64,000 nt of DNA, from NCBI GenBank assembly GCA_973895155.1, contig OZ316893.1, positions 27,972,210 through 28,036,209 of the forward strand. Reading direction: 5' to 3'. The stretch's first letter is position 1, and every line of letters begins with the position of its first letter. This DNA comes from Marsupella aquatica. Taxonomy: Eukaryota > Plantae > Marchantiophyta. Under the pieces are notes generated by a model. The model ran no database searches, was not told the origin of the DNA, and saw only the letters and a program-made list of their open reading frames with translations. Position numbers and translations under genes: made by a program. This document shows positions 1 through 11,849 of the stretch, one piece after another.

Positions 1-1135
1 CCATTGGTGCTGGTTCTCTTGGGGGAGAGGTCATTCTGACAGGACTTAGCTGATCATGAAATGGTGATCTCAAACTAACAGCCTCCATTCTCAAATTATT
101 AACAGCGTCGTATAGTCCATCATTACTGCAACTGAGGAGAGATGTCAACTTATCAATAAGTTGCTGATTCAACTCTGCCTTCGAAGGAGTGGAGGAGTTG
201 GTCCTTAGGTTGACAGTTGCAAGAGCCAGTTCAGCACCGTCGGCTGATTGCTCAGGAGAATCTCTGTCTTCTCCAGCTCCAGGTTGATCTCTCATATTAA
301 CTCTTGGTGAATACACCACGTTATGCAGAGGGTGTCGAACCAGCTCTAAGTTATGAGCAGGTGTCCTATCTAATTCCATCTCAGCATCCACATTCTGATC
401 ATGAGAATCCAGGGGAACAGCATCCACTGGTTCTTCCATACTTAGGTCTTCTTCAATGCCTAACTCAATCAGGAGCAGCCCTCTTTCCGTTTTCTCCTCT
501 GGATATAAACAATCATAAGCATGATAGAGTTGAGACAAATAAATCTGCAGACGAGTGGGTCTACCTGCCTTCATGGTCCTCACCTGATCCTTCATCACAT
601 TGAAAATTAGTAGGGCCCAATTCACCTGGACAGATCCACTGTGTGCGGCTACAATTGTATTCACCAAAGCCACTGGACAGATGGTTGGCTTCTTCGGGTG
701 TAGAATGGGTACTAGAAATTCCAGAAGCACTCTCAAATCTGGATAAATACACTGTGTTAAATTCCAACCATTGGTGAGATTGCGAGTCCCAGAGAAGTAA
801 GGTGTAGATAAATCTTTCTTCTTCGAATACAATCCTTCTCCTTCTGAAGGGCAGCGGAAGGCATAAGCAATTTGTTCCACAGTCCATAAGCTGGGTCGAG
901 CTCGAATAGTTTGTCAAAATTCAGGAGCAAGCACTGACCCCTTTACAAAATCCTGCAAATATGTGTCGAGCTCTACTTCCCAAGGAACGGCAAGTAGATG
1001 CTGCAAACCTAGCTGCTGTAAGGAAGTCCGTAAATTTGCATAGCTATCGGGCGCTGGTGGAATTCGGGCGACTATGCTCTTAGGAATTGCCAGAGTGTCA
1101 ACTCGGTACTGTTCATCAATGCCGAGGTTTGCCAT
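1..1135 (-). pseudogene. TE-associated ORF (PMD/plant-transposon-protein-like N-terminus), paralog of 51762-54191; runs off the left edge of the window
   Basis: ATG at 1135 (MANLGIDEQY...). In-frame TGA at 914-916 where the paralog has Arg, then continues QTIRARPSLWTVEQIAYAF...EFLVPILHPKKPT...VNWALL, matching ORF 52221..54458. Bases 1-193 are nearly identical to 53033-53225. Confidence 0.75.
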
Positions 1136-1289
1136 AGCTCTCATCCGATATGTTGAGTGCACTAAGGAGTGGGGGAGCTGGTAGAATCAACAGAGGTGGC
1201 AGGAATTAAGTTAGGAGTGAGTGCCCAAAGTCTAATTTGCCTTTTCTTTGATTCGCCTTTGCCATCCCGTTGCTAAGTCCCGTTGGAAG

Positions 1290-1490
1290 TAGCCGTAAGA
1301 CGTCGTGATCATCGATCGCCAACTCGTAAGGCACAACTCGTAAAGCCCTAACTAGTAAGTCGTAACTAGTATACTCGTAACTAGTATACTGTCGCAACCC
1401 CGTAACTCGTAACTCGTAACTAGTAACTCGTAACTAGTAACTGGAGTTTACTCGTAAACTTACTTTAAACTTGGGAACCGTAACTTGTAG
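1290..1490. repeat. Cluster of short ACT(C/A)GTAA motifs upstream of the accessory ORF
   Basis: Runs such as cgtaactcgtaactcgtaactagtaactcgtaactagtaa are directly visible. Confidence 0.85.
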
Positions 1491-1533
1491 ACAGAATGCT
1501 ATCTCCATTCTGTTATCAACAATTAGAGGTTAA

Positions 1534-1954
1534 TGTTGAGCATAGACGACGATCGCAACGGCAAGCCCATGAACCATCCAACGCACAATAGTCGACACAA
1601 GAGATACGTGGTTCACCTCCTTGAGGCTACGTCCACGGGAACACACAAGATAACTTTACTGAACTCTAAGCCCGTCGGCTATACCGAGTCTCCACAGTGT
1701 AAGCTCTCCCTATCTCTCAAGTGGCTCCATAACAATGAGCCTTGGTTCTACCTCTCCAAGCACACATGCCTCTTATGATATAGTGTGCAACTTAGTTGTA
1801 CCTAACCACATAGTTGTACCTAATCACGTAGTTGTACCTAACCACATAGTTGTACCTAATCACGTAGTTGTACCTAACCACGTAGTTGTACCAACCCACG
1901 TTGTTGTACCAACCACGTCATACCTAACCTAGACGTAAGAGTAAATACCCAACA
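1534..1954 (-). repeat. 3' LTR of copia element
   Basis: Starts TGTTGAGC and ends CCCAACA. Identical to 7608-8028 apart from one A/G difference seen (1615 vs 7689). Confidence 0.97.
1793..1930. repeat. ~7 x 18-bp tandem repeat (AGTTGTACCTAA(C/T)CAC(A/G)T) in LTR U3; second copy at ~7867-8004
   Basis: Direct reading; gives the spurious VVPNHI/VVPNHV ORFs. Confidence 0.9.
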
Positions 1955-1966
1955 ATCTTCCCCTTG
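1955..1966 (-). other. Polypurine tract of copia element
   Basis: Minus strand reads CAAGGGGAAGAT immediately before the 3' LTR. Confidence 0.85.
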
Positions 1967-2145
1967 ACTCTGGTCTAGGGGAGAGTAATACTGCCAATGT
2001 ATATGATCCCTCAGCGGGAAGTTCTGGACAGAAACCAAACCGGTTTCCCTCTCTAACTAGAGCAAACCAGAACTAAGCCGTAGCCTAATACATAGGAATG
2101 AGGAAGAGCATATATCAGTAATTACAATGAATGTTTAAGAAAACT

Positions 2146-5100
2146 CTACTTGTGATGCAATTGCAAAACCTGCAATACGTCACGGTGTCTAGAGAAACTC
2201 TCCAAAGGAATCACTTTGGTAAATGCGTCAGCCGGGTTGAGTTTACCATCAATCTTGACTAGCTCAAACAAATTATCAGACACAGCCTGCCTGATAAAAT
2301 GGTACCTGACGTCAATGTGCTTCACTCTGCTGTCCATCACCTGGTTCACAGCAAGGTGGAGCGCACTTTGACTATCACAATGGAGCTTCACATTCCCCTG
2401 TGGCAATCCCATTTCAGTGATAAGTCTATCCAACCAAATCGCTTTCTTTGCTGCTTCCGCAGCTGCAACATACTCCGCTTCTGTAGTAGACTGAGCAATA
2501 CACTTCTGCAAAGTAGACCTCCAACTTATGCATCCACCGCCAAGTGTGAACACGTATCCTGTTGTTGATCTCCTTCGGTCCAAATCTTGTCCATAGTCAG
2601 AATCTACATAGCCAATCAATGATCTAGCATTCTTTGCATTCGCATCAAATAAAAGACCATGATCCACGGTACCCTTCAAGTACCTGATAATCCACTTCAC
2701 TGCTTCCCAGTGTACCTTCCCTGGATTCGACATGTACCTGCTCACCTTGCCCATAGCCATGGCAAGATCAGGTCTAGTGCAAGTCATCAAATACATGAGA
2801 CTCCCCACTGCCTTGTCATATGGAACCTTTGACATCAACCCCTTCTCTGTGTCATCCGTAGGACAGAACGCTGATGATAACTTGAAGTGTGGAGCCAACG
2901 GGGTACTTACTGGCTTGCTATTCTCCATGTTGAACCTTGCAATTACCTTCCTCGCATAACTGCTTTGCGTCAACCATAGCTTGCCAGCCTCCAAGTCCCT
3001 AGTGATCTCCATACCCAAAATCCTCTTAGCTGGCCCTAAGTCCTTCATCTTAAACTCTGCACTAAGCAGTGCCTTGAGCTTAACAATCTCAGACCTATCC
3101 TTGGCTGCAATTAGCATGTCATCCACATAAAGTACTAAAACAATGAACCCAAAGACAACATTCTTCACCGGTTTCAAATACATACAAGGGTCAAATACAC
3201 TTCTGTGAAAACCTTGTGACCGAATCCAATCGTCAAACCGCTTGTTCCATTGTCTTGGTGACTGCTTCAACCCATACAAGGATTTCAGCAATCTGCAAAC
3301 CAATTCCTCCTGTCCTCTCTTCACAAAACCTAGCGGTTGTCTCATGAAGATCACCTCTTCCAATGTGCCATAGAGGAAAGCTGTGACAACATCCATCTGA
3401 TCTAGGAGCAGACCAAACATTACAACAAGTACACACAATAGTCGTATTGTAGAGTACTTAGCAACTGGTGAGAAGACCTCATTGTAATCCACACCTTTCT
3501 CTTGTGTGAATCCCTTTGCTACCAATCTAGCCTTGTAGACCTTCGATCCACCTCCTATGGAATTATCCTTCAGCTTGTAAATCCACTTGCTGTCCACCAC
3601 TTGCTGACCCTTAGGCAGCTTAACAAGCTCCCAAGTTTTGTTGTCCTTTAGTGACTGCATCTCCGTTTGCATTGCTGCAGTCCACTTCTGCTTCTCTTTT
3701 GAAGCACTTGCCTCATGAAATGAAGAAGGTTCTCCTTCTTCCAAAATTAACACATCACCCTCATCATCAGCTATAAAATCATCCTCTTGCAGTTGAGATG
3801 AATCAACCCACTGTCCATACCTTGATGGAGCGCGTACAGTGCGACCAGATGTTCTTCTAGCCGATGACTCCGGTTGATCTGCGTGTGCTGGTACAATTTG
3901 AAGCTCAACAGCATCCACTTGTTGCTCACCAGCATCAACAAACTCCTCTGGTTCCTCTGGCATAGGAACCAGCTCCATAATTGGAGCAACTCCTTCTCTC
4001 CGGTCATGCACCTCATAACCAATCTCCCCCTCAACGAGATCCGGGATAGGAGATTTTCCTTTGTCAGTACCGGAGACCTGAGTATTCTCCCCCTCCTTCA
4101 ATAATCTGGATTCATTGAAGGAAACATCCCTACTGACAACGAGCTTACAGGCAATAGGATCCCATAGCCTATAGGCTTTCACACCACTCTGGTACCCAAG
4201 AAAAACACATTTCCTGGAGGTAGGATCCAACTTGGTCCTATTCTGCTTTGGTGTGAGAGCATATGCATCACTTCCAAAAATTACCAAGCCATGATAGTCT
4301 GCTTGCCGCTTATAGCGCATCTCAAACGGCGTTTTGAAATTGATAGCACTAGAAGGAGAAAGATTTACCAAATAAGCTGCGGTATTGACAGCTTCTGCCC
4401 AAAATTCTTGTGGTAAACCTGATTGGCTCAACATACTCCGTGACCGCTCCAACAGTGTCCGATTGAGCCTCTCAGCGACACCATTCTGCTGCGGAGTATA
4501 AACTGTGGTGAGATGGCGAGTTATCCCCTGTTCTGAACAGTACTCTTCAAATTCCATTGAAGTGTACTCCCCGCCGTTGTCTGACCTCAGACTCTTCACC
4601 CTTGTATCCAAACACTTGATCGTGTTTCCAGTCTGATTCTCCACCTGGGCCTTTCACTTCTTAAAAATGGACAAGACATCAGACTTATGCGTCATGAAAT
4701 AAATCCACACAAATCTTGAGTAATCATCAATAAATGATACATAGTACAACTTTCCAGAGTGTGAGGGAGTCGGGGATGGACCCCACACGTCACTATGTAT
4801 GTACTCAAGAACCGCTTTGGAACGATGAGTTCCAACACCAAAAGCATGACGATGCTGCTTTCCAAGAATGCAATGCTCACAAAACTCTAATTTACAAGAT
4901 TGCAAATCAGAAATGAGTCCATTCTTCCGTAAGATAGCCAAACCCTTCTCACTCATGTGGCCTAGCCGTGAATGCCACAGTTGAGTCATCTCCTCGTGAG
5001 ACTTGGTTACATTGGCCTCTCCACATACAGTATTGCCCTGTAACACATACAAATTCTTTTGTCTACTCCCCTTCAAAATCACTGTCTCTCCTGACCTGAC

Positions 5101-5418
5101 TTGAAGTTCACCATCAATAACGCTCCATTGATGACCATTTGAATCCAACACACCGAGTGAAATCAGATTCTTACGCATGCCAGGTACATACCTGACTCCG
5201 GACACTGTGCGCACAGCGCCATCAAACATTTGAATCTTCACAGACCCAATTCCCTCAATTTGACAGGAGTGATCATTTCCCATTAGAACTGAACCGTTTG
5301 AAACAGAGTAAGAACTGAAAAACTCACGAATGTAACAAATATGAAAAGAGCAAGCACAATCAAGAATCCACACATCATCTGCTCTCCTAGATGACGTGCA
5401 CAGGGCATACCCCCAGCT
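2146..5418 (-). pseudogene. pol: Copia pol (protease, GAG-pre-integrase, integrase, RT, RNase H) with one nonsense codon
   Basis: WILDCACSFH protease; WHSRLGH/CEHC; HSDVWGP, RSDNGGEY and PQQNGVAER integrase; YVDDML RT; YVDSDY and KHIDVRYHF RNase H. TGA at 4654-4656 in FKK*KAQVENQTG, where the consensus is W. Confidence 0.95.
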
Positions 5419-6453
5419 TCATAAAACATACTCATCATTGAGTAAATCAGCTTCTCCATCAGCCCTAGCCACATTTGCCGATGAAGTTTCCGCTGCCTTT
5501 CCCTTACAGTCTCGCTTGAAGTGTCCAACTTGGTTGCACTTCCAACATGTCACCTGCCTCCTCTGAGGGGATTTACCCTTGGACTTAGATCTGGATTTAG
5601 ATCTAAACTGGGTTCTACGGTCCCCAGTTGGTCGCTGCATACTCCTCCCACGGTTAACATTGAGGGCAGCATCAGATGATGAAGGCTGTGACGTGATGTG
5701 CATCTTCTGCTGAAGATCATCACTAAGCAGAGAACTTACCACGTCATTGTATGAAATGGTATCCCTATCACGATGCAACAACACTCGTGATAGGGACTGG
5801 TAAGATGGAGGCAATGAACTAAGAAGCTGCAGAGCCTTCGTCTCATCATTCAAAGTCTCCCCAAGGTTTTCCAAGTCAACGACCATGTCGTTGAAAGCAT
5901 CCACATGGTCTTGCAACTTCGTACCAGATTCCTTCATCCTGAAACTCATCAGTTTGTAGGAAGTGTAGAGCCGGTTCGACAACTCCTTGCGGTGATACTT
6001 GCTCTGCAATTCCGCAAACAAGGACATGCAATCCTTATGTGCACCTAACTGCTTGATGATGGGAGGCATGAGATAGAGTGTAACACACCACACTCCCTGC
6101 TCCTGCATGCGGTCCCATTGTTTCTCATCAACATCGTCTTCACGAGGGCTCAGCAGTTGGCCCATCCCTGACGCATAAAGCACTCCCTTCACCTGCTTCT
6201 CCCATAGCAAGTAGTCAGAGCGCCCATCATACTTTGTCACTTCATACTTGGGTCCCCCAAGCTTGAAAGTCCCCATCTTCTTCTTTACCGTGAGCTCCGG
6301 TAGTAGTACTGCTTCCTCCACCACACGCCGCACCAGTGATGGTATCGGTGTCACGTGCTCTTCCTCCTGCTCCTCTCTCTGCCCCTGAAACCTCCACGGT
6401 GATCCTCGTGCTTCAAGTTCCACGTCTTCGAAAAACTCCTCCGAATCACTCAT
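5419..6453 (-). CDS. gag: Copia gag with CCHC zinc knuckle
   Basis: KYDGRSDYLLW UBN2-like start, LLSSLPPSY, CWKCNQVGHFKRDC. Ends in a TGA that is in frame with pol. Confidence 0.92.
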   Translation of the reverse strand: MSDSEEFFEDVELEARGSPWRFQGQREEQEEEHVTPIPSLVRRVVEEAVLLPELTVKKKMGTFKLGGPKYEVTKYDGRSDYLLWEKQVKGVLYASGMGQLLSPREDDVDEKQWDRMQEQGVWCVTLYLMPPIIKQLGAHKDCMSLFAELQSKYHRKELSNRLYTSYKLMSFRMKESGTKLQDHVDAFNDMVVDLENLGETLNDETKALQLLSSLPPSYQSLSRVLLHRDRDTISYNDVVSSLLSDDLQQKMHITSQPSSSDAALNVNRGRSMQRPTGDRRTQFRSKSRSKSKGKSPQRRQVTCWKCNQVGHFKRDCKGKAAETSSANVARADGEADLLNDEYVL

Positions 6454-7593
6454 ATGAGAAAGTCACAAAAAATGTTGTTTTTCACAACTTCTCAAAAAAC
6501 TCGAAACTCAACACCGCCGCGTAGCCCACAAAGCTAGGAGTCCAATACTGAAAACCAAAATCAAAATCGAAATTTGACGGAAAAGTTATTCAAATTTCGG
6601 TCGAGGTGGGTAAAACCTTGGGAAACTCCCCCGTTTTGACCACCTCAGGGAATAACCGAAATACCAAGTACAACCCGTTGTCGGAATTGCGATGTGATTG
6701 GTGCGCTGCATTGCCAACTTCAATGGCTACGACCTCGCCGAAAAATAACCAAAAAAGTTACCGTTCGGCGGATGAAATCTTTGTCGGACGGTCAAAAAAT
6801 AGCTCTCTGGTTTTTTGGAATATTCTATGACCCTTGTACAGGCCCTGTGGGAATTTTGGAAGAACAATCGAGGGGCTGACATGTGTCCTCGAACCCCCAA
6901 AACCCCCTACCACCCTTCGTCGTCGAAATCTGGTCGCGCGCGCAGAAAATACACACGGCAGAATGTACCCCTCGACACCAAACGCAAGATATCTCACTTG
7001 GGTTTTGACGAAATCAAGATCCGATTTCAGATTTGGAAACTAGACTCCGAGGCGATGAAGATCGATATAAGAAGCACCCAAAACGAGGAAAGAACGAGGG
7101 AGAAAAAAATTGGTAAAGATGACAAATTTCTCTCAATTGCCATAGCCAATTTTGAATCAGTTTTTCAAAGAGAAAAAAATGGTACCTTGTCAACAACGAA
7201 TGTTGATCAATTGCACTTGGTGCCGTCACCAAGTCCAACAAGGTAATTGATTTTGCTTAGCCTTCCTCTTTGCATCAAAGAGCCAATCCTGGACTCAAAA
7301 ACAATCGTCTTGCCTCAATCTCTCCGTTGAGTCAAAACACTTGACGCTTCTCCCTCCGAGTCGATTGCCAACTTTCTTCACAAAATCCAGAACGACGAAA
7401 ACTTAGATCTCTCTGCACCACGAGCTCCGTTCAACGATTTCTTCACACCGTTAGAAAGCTCTTGCCCTGATCTATCCGTTGAGCCCATAAACTCCAAGTT
7501 CCATGCGATGGAACTCTGGAAAATCCACCAACACTCAACGCTGGAAAAACCGTCATGAAATCCCATCACGAACACACGTCACCTCCCAAGCAT

Positions 7594-7605
7594 GCTCTGA
7601 TACCA
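7594..7605 (-). other. Primer-binding site, tRNA-iMet
   Basis: Minus strand TGGTATCAGAGC, 2 nt inside the 5' LTR boundary. Confidence 0.95.
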
Positions 7606-7607
7606 AT

Positions 7608-8028
7608 TGTTGAGCATAGACGACGATCGCAACGGCAAGCCCATGAACCATCCAACGCACAATAGTCGACACAAGAGATACGTGGTTCGCCTCCTTGAGG
7701 CTACGTCCACGGGAACACACAAGATAACTTTACTGAACTCTAAGCCCGTCGGCTATACCGAGTCTCCACAGTGTAAGCTCTCCCTATCTCTCAAGTGGCT
7801 CCATAACAATGAGCCTTGGTTCTACCTCTCCAAGCACACATGCCTCTTATGATATAGTGTGCAACTTAGTTGTACCTAACCACATAGTTGTACCTAATCA
7901 CGTAGTTGTACCTAACCACATAGTTGTACCTAATCACGTAGTTGTACCTAACCACGTAGTTGTACCAACCCACGTTGTTGTACCAACCACGTCATACCTA
8001 ACCTAGACGTAAGAGTAAATACCCAACA
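7608..8028 (-). repeat. 5' LTR of copia element
   Basis: 421-bp match to 1534-1954; adjacent to PBS. Confidence 0.97.
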
Positions 8029-8099
8029 GTTAAACCCCATAAAAAATTTAAAAATTTTTAGTTTTGTCATGATTTTGGAAATACCCGCTACTTACAGAG

Positions 8100-10327
8100 G
8101 ACACAGAGTCCTTTGAGAAGGCATGGAGAATTATGATAGAGGTTGTAAGGAAAATGGGTTACATGAGGTAACCATTCAAGGTTTTATGGCCGACAATGCT
8201 CAGGCTGGATGGATTGCCGTTCACAATGTCTTTTTTGGGGGTCACCCAGACCCTGAACGTGAACGCTCCGATGCATTCCACTTTTACCAGTCTTTCCATC
8301 GACATTCCACGAAGGGAGTACTGGAGGGTAGGCAACCTGAACATCTAAGACTGTGGGAGAAATTGCAAAATGCTCCATCGTTCGTTCCGACGTACCGAGT
8401 TTCTAGGGAGATTGTGTTGTGGTGGCAAGCAGGCAACTGTGTTCCAGGAAAATTGATGATGTTGCAGAGTTGGATATCATGGTGGGTCGTTCGATGGCGT
8501 CAGTGGGGGAATTTCATTCGCGTGGTAAGTTTTATCAATGCGTTCAATACTCACTTCTCAATGTGTTTATACTAGCGCTTGGCGCTGCTTTAAACTATAC
8601 AGATAGCAACATTATATTATTCTATCATACACATTGCTAGCGCTTGGCGTTGCTTTAAACTGTACAGAGAACTTTGCACATTCATGACTTAGGAACACTT
8701 GAGAATAGCAACATTATATTGAAATATATTATATACATTGCTAGCGCTTGCCGCTACTTAAACAAATTGACTAAAGTTGATCTGGATCCACTTCATTGCA
8801 GAGCAAAAGCGCAGAAGAAGGTGCCCTCATTCCAAACTGTACAGGTTCTGAGTCAAGGCACGCTTCAATGAAAGCATGGGCAACCAAAAAAATGGTGGGT
8901 CTCTTCAAGCATGCGAAGTTGATCAAAATCGGGCTATATCTCAAGTTGCGGGTTACAGTGCATATCGGAAATGACTCAATAGAGGGAAGGGGCCAACTAT
9001 CTGGGAATTAGCATTCCGTTCGGCAGACCAAGCAGGTTCACCCAAGTTATTCGAAGAAGCCACTAACATGATTCTTTCCAACTCTGCCGATTTTGATCTG
9101 GGTAGGAATTCTCCTCTGAATGGAGATATTGTCACCAAATCTGTTAAGAGGAAGGGACTTGCAACTGGGATTGTCTCGCCACAAGACTCCCATCGGCATG
9201 ACACCATTCTCATCACTACCCCGAATACTCGAGGATTCAAACGGAAGAATCTTAACAACACTGAGTTCACTTCCATTCCCACCAATGTAGAAGATCCTGT
9301 AGTGGACCTCTGTGGGAGTGACACTTCAATGAGTGAAAGCGATTCCCTTGCAAACACCCTTGAAGCCACAAGGGAAACAACATCATCTCAACCACCACGC
9401 AGTGCCCCTGCTGTGCTTCAACGTTTGCCTACAGAATTAGCTCCTTTGGAAATGGACGTTCCAAGAGGAAGCTGGCATTTGAGACGGACGGCCAAATATG
9501 GGGCAGGGCCACATTGTAATGGGACCTTGCATGGAAATTTTGACAGAGATGAGTGTCGAAATCGTGTCAAGAAAGTAGGGTTCCATTCTGCTGCTGGTGT
9601 TGTCGGCATTGTTGTCAGCGGACATCGCATTTTCAGAGGAACGCCCATTGCCAAAATGATATGGTTCTGCCCAAACAGCACATGCTACAAGAGCCGCCCA
9701 CATCGTGGTGTTGAACGCCTTCCTCCTGTACCGGACATCCTGCCAGTTGTGAAAGGAACAAACCTCTCGCCTGGCGAGATAGAGTACCTTCAAGCGTAGG
9801 GAGTCTCTATGGTCCAAACAACTGCGACCTCTCGAACTCGAACTGCACCTATTGCATTCGACTTGAGAATCAATGTAAACGCATTTCCAGAGAAAATCAA
9901 TTTTGCGGAGCCCAACATGTGCCTTCTTAGCAGGAATGGGAGGAACTCCAGACCTCGCTCTAATCTAACTGTGTCTCACAGTAAACGAATGGAGTCGGCT
10001 CGAAAAGAAGCTATGATTCTGGATGGAGAGTGGGATGTGACTAGTGGAATTGCTTTTGGAAAACAATTTAGAATACGGACTCACAAGAACCTTCGATCCC
10101 CAAACACTTACTTTGTCCAAATGTGCATCTTCCCTACTTGTTCCTGTGAGGATTTCTTCCATCGTCATTCCCGCGGCAAGCCGTATATGCCCTGTAAACA
10201 TTTGTACTGGGTGTTCATAAATGTCTTCAAGTTTCATGTAGAGGAGTCTACCCTGTGTAGCCAGCCGATTTTGACAGTTGGAGAAGTCAGACTTGTGTTG
10301 GAGAGGCAAAACACAAATGGTTTATAG
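8100..10327 (+). pseudogene. Mutator-like (MULE) transposase with C-terminal SWIM zinc finger, 5'-truncated
   Basis: GFMADNA...AFHFYQS (DDE-region D plus CxxH-like motif); GT-AG intron 8525-8801; GSESRHASMK (putative catalytic E); CSCEDF...PCKHLYWV SWIM motif; in-frame stops. Confidence 0.7.
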
Positions 10328-10692
10328 AGGGACTCGATTTTTCCTTAACTGTCGTATTCCATAACGGATACTATGTTGTTTTGTCTTTAGTCAACGGATA
10401 ATTATTACTCTAGTTTTTTATGTGGTTTTGGTTAGCGTCGGGCGCTGGTCAATAACTTATTTATAAAAAAATTGTTTTATCTGGTTAGTGTCACTGGATG
10501 GTCCCGTAAGCTTTGATTGTCGTCCCTATATTCTGCGTACTTAATCCTTTGTTAGCGCCTGGCGCTAGTTTCACACTTAGCCTGACAGACCCCTATGTTT
10601 TTGATAACATAATTCAGACTATAACTGGCTTTGTGGTGGGTCCCGCCTGAGCTACTCCATTCCTCCATGGGTTTTATGGTTTGGCTTTTTTT

Positions 10693-11680
10693 AAAACACA
10701 CTAATGAAGTATATGAACTAAATGAAGCATTCCAAAGTGGACTGTTTAGAACTGTTGTTGTATGTAAACAGCAGTGAATTGAATGACAACCCTTTTTTAT
10801 CTATAATCTGATGAAGTGACAATGGATTGGAACCTCTCCGAGCAACTGTGAGCACACCTTTCACTTATATCTGACGTCGTGTGACAGGATTTTGACGGAG
10901 CTTCGCTTACCCATTGGAGGTGGTCTGCTGGCTATTCTTGATGCATCGACAGGACCGGAGCCTATTCACACTGCTAGGATCTTTTGTGTATATCAGACTC
11001 TCTGGATGATTTGGCTGGGAAGAAATGAACATATGTTCTCTGACAAGGTGGGACGTTCATTTGACTTGGGCCTGATGCTTGCTGAGACTGCCAATCACAT
11101 CCATGCGGTTGGGGCTGGTTTACGCTTTGGGCGGCGTCGCTCTCGGTTGAACCGGGCTCAGGAATGGTTGCGGGGAACGAGGCAAATCTGGCTGAGACGG
11201 GGTGGGGACAGGATTCTCTTGGTGCCCTCTAGCGGCGGCGGTGCTGATTGAGGGGTCTGCTTTTTGGGGGGCTGTTGTGGGAAGGGCATGGGTGCTCTCT
11301 TGATCGGTGTTATTTCCCTTCTTTGAGGGGGGGCTCTCCCTGGGGCTTTGATGCTCTCTTTTGTGCTTTTGGGCTCTCTTTGTGGCTCGCTAGTGTGCTG
11401 TTGCTGTCCCTGTATTAAGGGCTGTTGTTCCCCCTATCCGTGGGGTCTTTCATGGTATTAAAATTTATAAAAAAAAACCATTCCAAGGAAAAACACACTA
11501 ATGAAGTATATGAACTAAATGAAGCATTCCAAAGTGGACTGTTTAGAACTGTTGTTGTATGTAAACAACAGTGAATTGAATGACAACCCTTTTTTATCTA
11601 TAATCTGATGAAGTGACAAGGGATTGGAACCTCTCCGAGCAACTGTGAGCACACCTTTCACTTATATCTGACGTCGTGTG
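10693..11680 (+). repeat. 191-bp direct duplication (10693-10883 and 11490-11680) flanking a LINE fragment
   Basis: Two copies of aaaacacactaatgaag...gacgtcgtgtg with 2 mismatches seen. Confidence 0.93.
10884..11477 (+). mobile_element. 5'-truncated L1-like LINE (ORF2 C-terminus, 3' UTR, poly(A))
   Basis: LWMIWLGRNEHMF matches the W-x-IW-x-x-RN-x-x-x-F motif at the end of plant L1 ORF2; G/T-rich 3' UTR; A-run at 11469-11477. Confidence 0.8.
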
Positions 11681-11776
11681 TTATGCCAGTAGGAATATTT
11701 TTAGCTTAAGTATGTGGTTGTTCCTTACGTGAATTTTTGAAAAACTTTGCCAAATAGTACACATTTACAATAACAA

Positions 11777-11849
11777 TTTCCTGTTACCAGGAGAAATTAC
11801 CTGGTAACAGGAAAACTGTTTCCTGTTTCCTGTCTCCATTGCTATACCC
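11777..11849. repeat. Probable right terminus of the MULE-SWIM element (CCTGTTACCAGG / CCTGTTT repeats ending ...ATACCC)
   Basis: Reverse complement resembles 24381-24445 (GGGTAT...GACAGGAAACAGGAAACAG). It truncates a minus-strand reading frame that starts at ~12087. Confidence 0.5.

Larger units (their letters stand above)
1534..8028 (-). mobile_element. Full-length Ty1/copia LTR retrotransposon (Tnt1/Tork-like), recent insertion
   Basis: Two 421-bp TG...CA LTRs, 5-bp TSD GTTAA (1529-1533 and 8029-8033), PBS, PPT, and gag-PR-INT-RT-RH domain order. Confidence 0.98.

Noticed and set aside
1533-1932. Duplicated small ORFs (also 7607-8006)
   Set aside because: They lie wholly within the LTRs; VVPNH repeats come from the 18-bp array.
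4654-4656. Second TGA as programmed recoding or an alternative genetic code
   Set aside because: It falls on a conserved integrase Trp (TGG>TGA), and other Trp codons are normal TGG.
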